Notes: a model not told the origin generated them from the letters alone. Positions 10,025 to 17,429 are shown, numbered from the stretch's first letter. The stretch is 37,906 nt of DNA from a virus (IMGVR_UViG_3300025669_000103:1-37906); one strand, 5' to 3'. Made by a program: numbers and translations.

Positions 10025-10210
10025 TTAACGTGGTTCTAAAAATTCATCATCATCATCATCATCAACTTCTTGCATCTCTTTATAGATATCGAGTTTTATT
10101 ATTTCGAGTGCTCCAATAATCTCTGCATGGGTGATATCACCGGCATCACGATTAAGTTGAATCACATTCCTAACCCTGTCTACCAAAGCTATTACTGCAA
10201 CACTGCTCAT
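10025..10210 (-). CDS. Hypothetical protein, first gene of the late arm
   Basis: MSSVAV start after AGGA is more plausible than 10255; AEIIGALEIIKLD helix and acidic tail. Confidence 0.6.
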   Translation of the reverse strand: MSSVAVIALVDRVRNVIQLNRDAGDITHAEIIGALEIIKLDIYKEMQEVDDDDDDEFLEPR

Positions 10211-10367
10211 TTTCCTACTCTTGCTCCCCTCGATTAACGTGGATAGGGCAGGCATCCGGGCGAGGTCGAACTCCGTTTATGACTGGATATTTACTCCCTG
10301 GGTAGCCTACCATCGTGATTCTAGAGGTACTAGCGGCGTATTACCCTAGGGTTGGCCGCATGACCCC

Positions 10368-10402
10368 TCTATAGTACACTGAATTTGGAACTAATTATAA
10401 CC
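10368..10402 (-). promoter_or_regulatory. Putative phage-specific late promoter (copy 1 of 35-bp motif)
   Basis: GGTTATAATTAGTTCCAAATTCAGTGTACTATAGA, 31/35 identical to 17395-17429; points into the late arm. Confidence 0.65.
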
Positions 10403-10747
10403 TTTGGAGGGCATAATTCTCAGAAATATTATTTATTTTCTCATATACGCCATTTTCTGTGTAAAAGTCCACGCATATATAGACAAATGCCGATAATAGT
10501 ACACACATATGCAGACTCCGGTTATAGTGGTCAAGCACAAACACGAAACTGTGAAAATATTGTGTGATTTACGAGCCAAGAAGGGAGGTTGGAGTCCCGC
10601 GACCACAGTCCGAAAGGGTACGGGCGGGGGGTTAACGGAACGCGTTCCACTTTCCTGCGTCCGACCTGCTCTCTATCACCATCGAGAAGACCTCTCACAC
10701 TCTCTGTAGTGGGCGAACACCATCAGGTCGAAAAGATACACACACCC

Positions 10748-11158
10748 TTATCACATCCACCTAACAATCGATACAATCGATCATCATGCTGAATTTGGTC
10801 AAGAGAGAGACGGGTTGATTGTATTTCTTGGACCTGAGATCACCAATATCCACCTAAAACGCTAATATCCGGCTAATATCCACCTAACTCATTTCCTTAA
10901 GTGCTTGTAAATACTACACTTACAAGATAATATCCACCTATCCACCTAAAATCAACATAAAAGACTCTATATACATATATTACAATACATCCTATTATTA
11001 ACTTGACTACCTAATAACTATTTCTCTATAATACTTTATTCAACATTTAGGTGGATATAATGGCTATAGTCTATAAAGTACTGAGAACAAAGGATTTATC
11101 ACATCCACCTAACTTATTTTAGTTGGATGTTAGGTGGATATAATTCATTTAGGTGGAT
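10748..11158. repeat. ATCCACCTA iteron array, probable replication origin
   Basis: Exact forward copies at 10755, 10848, 10878, 10932, 10940 and 11103; exact reverse copies at 11048, 11131 and 11150; variants at 10867 and 11120. AT-rich spacer at about 10950-11045. Confidence 0.75.
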
Positions 11159-11175
11159 ATTCTTTTGGATTTTAC

Positions 11176-11204
11176 TTGCACTATCAAAGACAATATGCTA
11201 TACT
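11176..11204 (+). promoter_or_regulatory. Sigma70-type early promoter
   Basis: TTGCAC-17 bp-TATACT with an extended -10 TG. Confidence 0.75.
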
Positions 11205-11214
11205 TTACATGTAA

Positions 11215-11430
11215 ATGAAATTATTTGAGAGGATAAAAATGTACGATACAAAATATGATAATGGAGTTTTGGTTTGTTCTATACATGAAACACCAATTAG
11301 CAAACAGCATGGGCGGTTCTTTTGTATAAAATGTCAACGCGACAAAGATCTATTAGGTCGCATTGAAAATGGAAATTGTCTTTTGACAGATTGTAGTCAA
11401 TGTCCATTAAACGGGAAATATTGTTCATAA
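11215..11430 (+). CDS. Small Cys-rich early protein
   Basis: CSIH, CIKC and CSQCP motifs; the start could be 11239 (after GAGAGG). Confidence 0.55.
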   Translation: MKLFERIKMYDTKYDNGVLVCSIHETPISKQHGRFFCIKCQRDKDLLGRIENGNCLLTDCSQCPLNGKYCS

Positions 11431-11447
11431 ATCGAGAGGTGGTTAAA

Positions 11448-11612
11448 ATGGTAGCACAAAAAATTATCGATGATCTGGCGATCAAGATCATCAGCGGAGT
11501 TTTGACTAAAAATGAAGCAGAACAACAACTACAGATCGAAAGTGATCGTGATCTGAAATTACAGGGACAAAGAGATCGTCTGGGTATGTTCATCCAAACA
11601 CCGAACGAATAA
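11448..11612 (+). CDS. Hypothetical early protein
   Basis: MVAQK start after a GAGAGGTGG RBS. Confidence 0.55.
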   Translation: MVAQKIIDDLAIKIISGVLTKNEAEQQLQIESDRDLKLQGQRDRLGMFIQTPNE

Positions 11613-11613
11613 A

Positions 11614-11808
11614 ATGAACATCACACGTGCCATATTAGAATTGCGGATTGACTACGCAAAATACGAGAAAGAAAGCCCATCGGATATAAATGGAGGTGGT
11701 TGCATGTTTTTTGCGAATACAATAGTCAAGCTTGGATTTGGTATAGCCGTTTGGGGCGATGATTTAGAAATGGATTTATATTCCGGTGTGTTCTATGTGC
11801 GGATGTGA
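11614..11808 (+). CDS. Hypothetical protein, possibly a truncated papain/transglutaminase-like fold
   Basis: INGGGCMFFA motif; the ORF ends with no His downstream of the Cys. Confidence 0.45.
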   Translation: MNITRAILELRIDYAKYEKESPSDINGGGCMFFANTIVKLGFGIAVWGDDLEMDLYSGVFYVRM

Positions 11809-11850
11809 ACACGATTATGTTGGCGTATTAAAATAAATTTTATTTTTCGT

Positions 11851-11878
11851 TTGCATTATTAAAATTATAGTGTATACT
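11851..11878 (+). promoter_or_regulatory. Second sigma70-type early promoter
   Basis: TTGCAT-16 bp-TATACT preceded by an AT-rich UP-like tract. Confidence 0.6.
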
Positions 11879-11934
11879 TAAGATAGTGAGATCGAGAACA
11901 TTCGATCACCTAAAATATTTACGGAGGTGTTTTT

Positions 11935-12120
11935 ATGTCTTATCAATTTTATCAGTTTATGAATATCAAGAAATTCAAGATCCGTTTTCAACAGGGATTA
12001 TGTGATAATAGAAAACGTTCGATCATCATATATGAAAGTGATCTACAATCCGCAAAGGTGAAAGCTTGTGAGAAAACAGATCACCAACAATATGATATTA
12101 TAGAATGTCGGAGGATCTGA
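11935..12120 (+). CDS. Hypothetical early protein
   Basis: 61 aa with a GGAGGTG RBS. Confidence 0.6.
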   Translation: MSYQFYQFMNIKKFKIRFQQGLCDNRKRSIIIYESDLQSAKVKACEKTDHQQYDIIECRRI

Positions 12121-12122
12121 AA

Positions 12123-12389
12123 ATGATTAGATATTTATGGTTCTCAATAGTGATCCTTATGATTTCAGGCTGCTCAGGATCAGTTCCAAGATCGGAATTT
12201 TTCGATAACAAGCTTAAAAAGATGATCGGGATCAATAGCCAGATTGGATCTTGTGTTGGCTATAATAGCAGGCTGTTTAATGGCCCTGCATTTACGAATG
12301 AGAGATTATTTCAACAGCTTAACGGTTTGGCAAATAGCCGGATCACTTTCCAGCAGTTCAACAAAATTAAAAGTCAATACGGTTTATAA
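12123..12389 (+). CDS. Putative lipoprotein
   Basis: MIRYLWFSIVILMISG-C: hydrophobic stretch and lipobox; GGAGG RBS before ATG 12123. Confidence 0.6.
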   Translation: MIRYLWFSIVILMISGCSGSVPRSEFFDNKLKKMIGINSQIGSCVGYNSRLFNGPAFTNERLFQQLNGLANSRITFQQFNKIKSQYGL

Positions 12390-12398
12390 ACTGGAGGT

Positions 12399-12593
12399 AT
12401 GAAAATGAACTCAACAGATGTGGATAAGAAAAATCAGCAAAAGAATTGCTGTAAAAAATGTGGCAAGATTGTGGGTTTGAATTATCGCGGCAAAAAGCAA
12501 AAGTGCACATGCCGGAAATTGCAAATACCCAATACTTGCAAAACCACTGCTAAAAAAGCTGGTAAGTTTTGTCCTAGAGAGGTGGCATTATGA
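12399..12593 (+). CDS. Small basic Cys-rich protein
   Basis: CKKCG...CTC; GGAGGT RBS. Confidence 0.55.
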   Translation: MKMNSTDVDKKNQQKNCCKKCGKIVGLNYRGKKQKCTCRKLQIPNTCKTTAKKAGKFCPREVAL

Positions 12594-13120
12594 AGCTTTG
12601 CTCCAAGTGTAGAAAGGTTAAATCGATTAATGAGTTTTATGTCGATAAAGCTCAAAAATCAGGCTACACTTGCCGATGTAAAAAGTGTATAGGTGTGCAA
12701 CAAAAACCTTATAAACAAACACATAGGCAAGAAGTAGCGGATTACCAAAGAAAATGGTGCAAAGCTAACAGGGGAAAAAGATGCGGTTACGCTAAAAAAT
12801 ATCGCGGCAACAATAAAGAATCAGAGTATAACCGGATTAGAGAATATAGAGAAACGCTAAAAGGTCATATCGTTGGAATGGTCGCAGGGGCAAAGCAGCG
12901 ATGTGAAAACAGGAATAACCCACGCTATAGCTGTTACGGTGGTCGCGGGATAAGACTACACTTTGGTACTGGTAAGCTTTATGAATGGTGTTTGCTCAAT
13001 AGTATAGACCCGCGAGGATTAGAGATACATCGTATTGATAACGATGGTGACTACACATTAGACAATATAGAGTTTTTAACTAAAAGCGAACATACTACAT
13101 TACATAATTTGAAAGGATAA
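12590..13120 (+). CDS. HNH homing endonuclease
   Basis: YGGRGI and EIHRIDNDGDYTLDNIEF motifs; N-terminal zinc finger. Confidence 0.85.
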   Translation: MKLCSKCRKVKSINEFYVDKAQKSGYTCRCKKCIGVQQKPYKQTHRQEVADYQRKWCKANRGKRCGYAKKYRGNNKESEYNRIREYRETLKGHIVGMVAGAKQRCENRNNPRYSCYGGRGIRLHFGTGKLYEWCLLNSIDPRGLEIHRIDNDGDYTLDNIEFLTKSEHTTLHNLKG

Positions 13121-13124
13121 TATT

Positions 13125-13397
13125 ATGGCCAAGCTTTACAGAATAGTGACAGAGAATATACACTTTCAGGCTATTGTAGAATATCTGAAAGAACACAAAC
13201 TTGACGCGACAATCATCGGTGGATCTTACGGCTTATGGCAGGGTCAAATGGAAAAATCACTTGTTATCGAAATAGTCGATGGCAGTGATATGCAAACGCT
13301 GGACGACATCGAAAGCTTTGCGTATTGGCTTAAGAAATTCAATGGACAAGATAAGGTTTTGGTCCAGATCATCGAAGCTGAGATCCGGTTCATGTAA
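13125..13397 (+). CDS. SAM lyase/DUF3574-like (PII-like fold) protein
   Basis: ATII..SYGLWQGQMEKSLVIEI...LKKFNGQDKVLV matches the G-x-W/Y...E...Q pattern of T3 SAMase-like proteins. Confidence 0.55.
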   Translation: MAKLYRIVTENIHFQAIVEYLKEHKLDATIIGGSYGLWQGQMEKSLVIEIVDGSDMQTLDDIESFAYWLKKFNGQDKVLVQIIEAEIRFM

Positions 13398-13454
13398 GAT
13401 CTTACTCCGGCCAGGGATGGCCAGCAATTATAATTTATTATTTGAGGTGGTGGC

Positions 13455-13631
13455 ATGAAGCTACAAAAAGGTTTGCTCGGTGAGACAATAGATAGCTGTA
13501 TACGATTACACGATGGAGATGGTTTTCCTATTATAGAAGTTTATCAACGTGTCGATGAATTTGGCAACGTGGTTGACGATGATAGCGTAGCTGAGAAAAT
13601 GGCAGATAAAATTTGTGAAATAGAATTTTGA
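13455..13631 (+). CDS. Hypothetical protein (58 aa, not in track)
   Basis: MKLQKGLLGET...CEIEF after GAGGTGGTGGC. Confidence 0.55.
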   Translation: MKLQKGLLGETIDSCIRLHDGDGFPIIEVYQRVDEFGNVVDDDSVAEKMADKICEIEF

Positions 13632-13644
13632 TCGGAGGTGTGAT

Positions 13645-13839
13645 ATGCCAAATTGGTTTGAACAGTTAACAGAACCTATGCAGGATGTCGTTAGGGCGGC
13701 ACAAGAAATCGTGAGTGACTTTGATGATTACGGTGAAGTATTACAAATAGGTGATGCTGATGAAGCTCGCGGTGGCGGTTATGGTGCCACATCACCTATA
13801 GAACAGCTTAGAACCGCTCTAAGAAATGCGGGAGGTTGA
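13645..13839 (+). CDS. Hypothetical protein
   Basis: 64 aa with a GGAGGTG RBS. Confidence 0.6.
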   Translation: MPNWFEQLTEPMQDVVRAAQEIVSDFDDYGEVLQIGDADEARGGGYGATSPIEQLRTALRNAGG

Positions 13840-13840
13840 T

Positions 13841-14188
13841 ATGAAAACCATAACCTTGACAAATAGTGAATCGGTTGTACTTGTATCCGATGCTGATTTT
13901 GAGCGGGTTAACAAGTATAAATGGTTCTTGAAACGGGCCAAAGGTCCGGCGGGATCTACTGAGAAATATTATTATGCCGCCCGATCTGTGAACATGGGCA
14001 ATAAACCGGATGGTAGGCAGATCACGAAAACGGTTTGGCTCCATCGGTTTCTTAAAGATGAGCCTGAAGGTCTGGATGTCCACCATAATAACGGTGATAA
14101 ACTGGATTGTCAACAGCATAATCTCGAGCCTATATCCGCAGTGGATCACGGTTCAAATTTTATAGGTGCCTGTGAGGTGCCATTTTAA
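13841..14188 (+). CDS. HNH endonuclease (HNH_3-like, no AP2 domain)
   Basis: LVSDADF..VNKYKW, LHRFL and DVHHNNGDKLDCQQHNL motifs. Confidence 0.8.
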   Translation: MKTITLTNSESVVLVSDADFERVNKYKWFLKRAKGPAGSTEKYYYAARSVNMGNKPDGRQITKTVWLHRFLKDEPEGLDVHHNNGDKLDCQQHNLEPISAVDHGSNFIGACEVPF

Positions 14189-14202
14189 TTGGAGGTGACA
14201 TT

Positions 14203-14352
14203 ATGTTAAGCATGGAAATATTTTACAGTGATCTGAATGTTTCAGCAAAACGAGAATTTGACGAACACTTCGGACCGCCTGAAGATTTCAACCATGAGAT
14301 CTGCCCACTGGCGATCTATGAAGTTGAAGATGGCGAAGAGGTGGTGGCATGA
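14203..14352 (+). CDS. Small acidic protein (49 aa, not in track)
   Basis: MLSMEIFYSDL...EEVVA after GGAGGTGACA; ATGA overlap with the next gene. Confidence 0.55.
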   Translation: MLSMEIFYSDLNVSAKREFDEHFGPPEDFNHEICPLAIYEVEDGEEVVA

Positions 14353-14924
14353 ACCCAAAAAACTGGTATAAGGAATGTGGCGACAGCATTCGAGCAGAGT
14401 TCGGGGCTGATTCAGAACTCTTCATCGATCTGTTAGCCGCGACATCGCCGAGAAAACAGGTATCGGCAAACTGGCGATTGGCCATGCGGATCTATCACGT
14501 GTATAGAACGGGGATCTGGAGGGAAAATTGGGAAGTTAGCGATGGAGGATATGGAAATTTATTGGCTGGTACGCTTCCGGCCCATCGGAAAAATATCCTA
14601 AGAGCCTTGAAACGCGAACCATTATCCGGCAATAAAGTACGGGCATTCGCGGCGAATCTCAAAGGCAATCTTGACGAAGTGACAATCGATGTCTGGGTGT
14701 GTCGATATTATGGATGGGATGATAAGAAATCGATGACCGATAAGGTCTATGCCAAACGTGCTGATATAATTCGCCAATACGCCAATGCTAACAGCATGAA
14801 GCCTGCTGAATATCAAGCTCTAATCTGGTATCTGGCTATTCATAAAGCAGGCAAGAAACCGCAATCTTATCTCAGTGTCAAACATAGACACCAGAGATGT
14901 TTTGAATTTTTTCTGGGGGTGTGA
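14349..14924 (+). CDS. Phage protein of HhH-GPD/DNA glycosylase-like helical family
   Basis: WY...LAATSP...KVRAF..NL.G....VTIDVW...PAEYQALIW pattern; IDVW resembles the VDTH-type catalytic Asp motif. Confidence 0.5.
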   Translation: MNPKNWYKECGDSIRAEFGADSELFIDLLAATSPRKQVSANWRLAMRIYHVYRTGIWRENWEVSDGGYGNLLAGTLPAHRKNILRALKREPLSGNKVRAFAANLKGNLDEVTIDVWVCRYYGWDDKKSMTDKVYAKRADIIRQYANANSMKPAEYQALIWYLAIHKAGKKPQSYLSVKHRHQRCFEFFLGV

Positions 14925-14925
14925 C

Positions 14926-15081
14926 ATGAAACATTTAGTAATAATGCAACAGAGGGCCAGATTACGTAAGGCATTGTGGATCAAAGCGTGTAGGCATGAT
15001 GGGGTTGAGCCTACTGAAATATTTGTGGTGTTCTCGGATGATAATCCGCACAAGAAACGGCTTAATGAGTTAGGGAGGTGA
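14926..15081 (+). CDS. Small hypothetical protein
   Basis: MKHLVIMQQR start within a GTGACATG junction. Confidence 0.55.
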   Translation: MKHLVIMQQRARLRKALWIKACRHDGVEPTEIFVVFSDDNPHKKRLNELGR

Positions 15082-15082
15082 C

Positions 15083-15376
15083 ATGGCAGGCAAGACAAGG
15101 CACAAGTTGATGTTAACGATCCCGCAGTACGCACAGAGCAATGCTACCAATTTCATAGCCTGCTACGGTATAGATCGTGCTGAGATCATAGCCAAGTTAA
15201 CGCTTGAGAAGATCCGAGCGTCAAAGAGATCCTTGATCAGACGCTATGGCAGGGACGAAGATATAAAATGTGTAAGGCATCCTAACTATAAGGCTATACG
15301 CAAGCCGCGATGTGCTTGCCAAACATGCTGGGATCTGTATGAAATGAGGCACCCAAATGAAAAGAAAGATAAGTAA
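15083..15376 (+). CDS. Hypothetical protein with C-terminal Zn-binding motif
   Basis: CVRHPNYK...CACQTCW. Confidence 0.6.
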   Translation: MAGKTRHKLMLTIPQYAQSNATNFIACYGIDRAEIIAKLTLEKIRASKRSLIRRYGRDEDIKCVRHPNYKAIRKPRCACQTCWDLYEMRHPNEKKDK

Positions 15377-15734
15377 ACAACAGGAACAGATATATCGGAT
15401 GCTGCATCATGGTTTTAGCGGGTTGACTGTCAAGCAAGTGGCTGCGATGCTTAGCTTGACTCCGGCCTGTATAACGCACCACATGCGGCAGATGAAGAAG
15501 GTAGCTCCTCAGTTATTTCCGATATTGACTAAGAAGCAAGCTGATGTATATTATCTGTACGTGCACACCGGTCAGGCTATAAGTGACATAGCTGAAGTGT
15601 TAAATATAACCACGTACATAGTAAAGAACCGGATCTATGAGATGCGGCGTAAGGGCATGTTCATTCCTTGGATGCAGGGTAAGTGTATGCGATATCAACC
15701 TTGGATGGACTTTGAAATCAGATTGAAATTTTAA
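15357..15734 (+). CDS. Tandem sigma70-region-4-like HTH regulator (paralog 1)
   Basis: Two HTH units, GLTVKQVAAMLSLT and GQAISDIAEVLNIT, each preceded by an ISKQQ/LTKKQ helix. Confidence 0.75.
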   Translation: MKRKISKQQEQIYRMLHHGFSGLTVKQVAAMLSLTPACITHHMRQMKKVAPQLFPILTKKQADVYYLYVHTGQAISDIAEVLNITTYIVKNRIYEMRRKGMFIPWMQGKCMRYQPWMDFEIRLKF

Positions 15735-15884
15735 TCAAGTCCTCGGCAATATTCTGAGGCAGTGATGGAGGGTCGGACGCTAATTGTGGAGATAACCGAA
15801 TAATTCTGCATAGGAAAATACTCAGTCTGCTTCATTATAGGTAGTCGTGAGGCAGACTAACTATTTACTTATTGGAGGTGACAT

Positions 15885-16226
15885 ATGAAAAATAAAAGAA
15901 CGCTAAATCAAACATGGATATTGTGCCTTAGAATGTGGAAGAAAATCAAGAATAGATACGTCAAGGGGGTGAGCATACACGCGTTGAAACGCTTGTGGCT
16001 GAAAGAGAATGGGTTTAGTGGCACTATCCGAGGCAATTGTTTTTTCTGTGACACTGCGGGGGCGGGATTCGCCTGTGCTAAATGTCCAGGAAAATTAGTG
16101 GATCACAATTTTATGTGTGCGACTGAGGAGTATGACTACGAAACAAAACCCGACCTTTTTTACAAAGAACTTTTGCGGTTGAACAGAATACGCAAAGCCA
16201 ATAAGCCCAAAAGACCGAGGAAGTGA
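15885..16226 (+). CDS. Hypothetical Cys-containing protein
   Basis: CFFC...CAKCP...C; GGAGGTGA RBS. Confidence 0.65.
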   Translation: MKNKRTLNQTWILCLRMWKKIKNRYVKGVSIHALKRLWLKENGFSGTIRGNCFFCDTAGAGFACAKCPGKLVDHNFMCATEEYDYETKPDLFYKELLRLNRIRKANKPKRPRK

Positions 16227-16227
16227 C

Positions 16228-16590
16228 ATGGAGCTAGATACACCGATACAGTACGTACCTGGGGTTGGTCCGAAGCGTGCTAAGCTGTTTAACAAGCTTG
16301 GTGTTCATAACGTGGAGGATCTATTAGAGTATTTCCCACGCGACAATATTCTGCCTACTGATATCACAGATATATGTCAGCTTGAGGTAGGTAAGGACGC
16401 TCTGATCGTGGGTGAGATCAGTAAGGTAGAATACATAGGCCGAAGCAGGGTACCGATCATGAAGATCACTATCGATGACGGTACCGCTGAGTGTAAGGCT
16501 ATATGGTTTAATGGAGGCTGGTTACGTCACCAGCTTAAGGTAGGCGGTATGGTGATGATGATGGGCAGGGTCGAGCTTGCGAGGAGGTGA
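16228..16590 (+). CDS. Stand-alone RecG N-terminal (HhH plus OB/wedge) fragment
   Basis: PIQYVPGVGPKRAKLFNKLGV..VEDLLEYFPRD and IDDGT...AIWFN are RecG N-terminal signatures; no helicase domain follows. Confidence 0.85.
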   Translation: MELDTPIQYVPGVGPKRAKLFNKLGVHNVEDLLEYFPRDNILPTDITDICQLEVGKDALIVGEISKVEYIGRSRVPIMKITIDDGTAECKAIWFNGGWLRHQLKVGGMVMMMGRVELARR

Positions 16591-16591
16591 C

Positions 16592-16897
16592 ATGGATTAT
16601 ACCAGAGCAATGTTCGGAGAAAATGCCGTTCACGTTCCTTTTAACTTTGTAAGGCAACTGGCAGGAGATAATAATGGACTTATACTGGGACAGGAGACAG
16701 GAAACAAGCTAAGCTTCGGTTCCACTATGGCCCATGTGTTAGTTAAGGGTGACATGATATTCAGACCACATATAGTTATAGAGAGTGATATGCTGATAGG
16801 CATGGGAGCGGCGGGGATAATAACCTCATCAGCTTTTGGAAATATCACTGAGTGGGATATCCCAGAAAATAAAGTAATCTTAGATATTAGGAGGTGA
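16592..16897 (+). CDS. Hypothetical protein
   Basis: MDYTR start in GGAGGTGACATG. Confidence 0.6.
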   Translation: MDYTRAMFGENAVHVPFNFVRQLAGDNNGLILGQETGNKLSFGSTMAHVLVKGDMIFRPHIVIESDMLIGMGAAGIITSSAFGNITEWDIPENKVILDIRR

Positions 16898-16898
16898 C

Positions 16899-17006
16899 AT
16901 GAAAAAGAAGAAAGTAAAAAAGACATCGTGGCTAGTGAAAGTACCCGCTGGTACTAAACGCAAAATGATAGGATCACGTAAATTCAAAAGGGAGCGAGAT
17001 GAATAA
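16899..17006 (+). CDS. Very basic 35-aa peptide (not in track)
   Basis: MKKKKVKKTSW...RDE in a GGAGGTGACATG junction. Confidence 0.5.
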   Translation: MKKKKVKKTSWLVKVPAGTKRKMIGSRKFKRERDE

Positions 17007-17175
17007 TCAGGGACTACTGTTAAATGAGCGAGCCTCTCTCAATAGACCAAGTTGGAGTAGTGAGAGTAGTACAGGGATGTTTAACGCACACCGGCACCTG
17101 CATGTTAGCAGGATGGGCCATCCGGTGAAACTAGATCACTTCGTAAAGACAAAGGGGTTGAACAATGACAGATAG
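16999..17175 (+). CDS. Hypothetical protein (58 aa, not in track)
   Basis: MNNQGLLLNER... after GGGAG; overlaps both neighbours. Confidence 0.4.
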   Translation: MNNQGLLLNERASLNRPSWSSESSTGMFNAHRHLHVSRMGHPVKLDHFVKTKGLNNDR

Positions 17176-17392
17176 AGTAATGGAATCGTCAGTCATGCGT
17201 ACTTTAACTGAGAACATGAAAGAACTGGCACCCAGGGCTAAAGCATTAGGGTCCGATATTCTTGTGTACTTCGATGAGCGTCAGAACATAAGCTATTGTA
17301 GGCTGTTACATCGATACGTGACTAAGTGGTTTCACATCGGAACTGTGTCAATGTCAGGAAATACAAAACTTTTTCTAGAAAATTTTGAGTAA
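17165..17392 (+). CDS. Hypothetical protein
   Basis: 75 aa with an AAGGGG RBS. Confidence 0.55.
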   Translation: MTDRVMESSVMRTLTENMKELAPRAKALGSDILVYFDERQNISYCRLLHRYVTKWFHIGTVSMSGNTKLFLENFE

Positions 17393-17394
17393 GG

Positions 17395-17429
17395 GGTTAT
17401 AATTACTTCCAATATCAGTGTATTATAGA
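17395..17429 (+). promoter_or_regulatory. Putative phage-specific promoter (copy 2 of 35-bp motif)
   Basis: GGTTATAATTACTTCCAATATCAGTGTATTATAGA, upstream of HTH paralog 2 and the replication genes. Confidence 0.65.

Noticed and set aside
9715-10119. Plus-strand ORF with a poly-His run
   Set aside because: It is the antisense shadow of the GAT (Asp) run in the real minus-strand gene.
10246-10312. Possible tRNA on the minus strand (7-bp acceptor-like stem, GTTCGA, CAT in a loop)
   Set aside because: There is no D-arm or properly placed T-arm; it folds better as a long irregular hairpin. Kept only as a structured leader.
10385-10792. Short plus-strand ORFs in the control region
   Set aside because: Non-ATG starts, no convincing RBS and no motifs; they overlap regulatory or repeat DNA.
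10748-11158. CRISPR array
   Set aside because: The repeats are only 9 bp, in both orientations and irregularly spaced, and no cas operon is present. The Cas4-like gene sits in a normal phage recombination cassette.
15755-15800. Fluoride-riboswitch-like GATGGAG sequence
   Set aside because: The required pairing and pseudoknot partner were not found.
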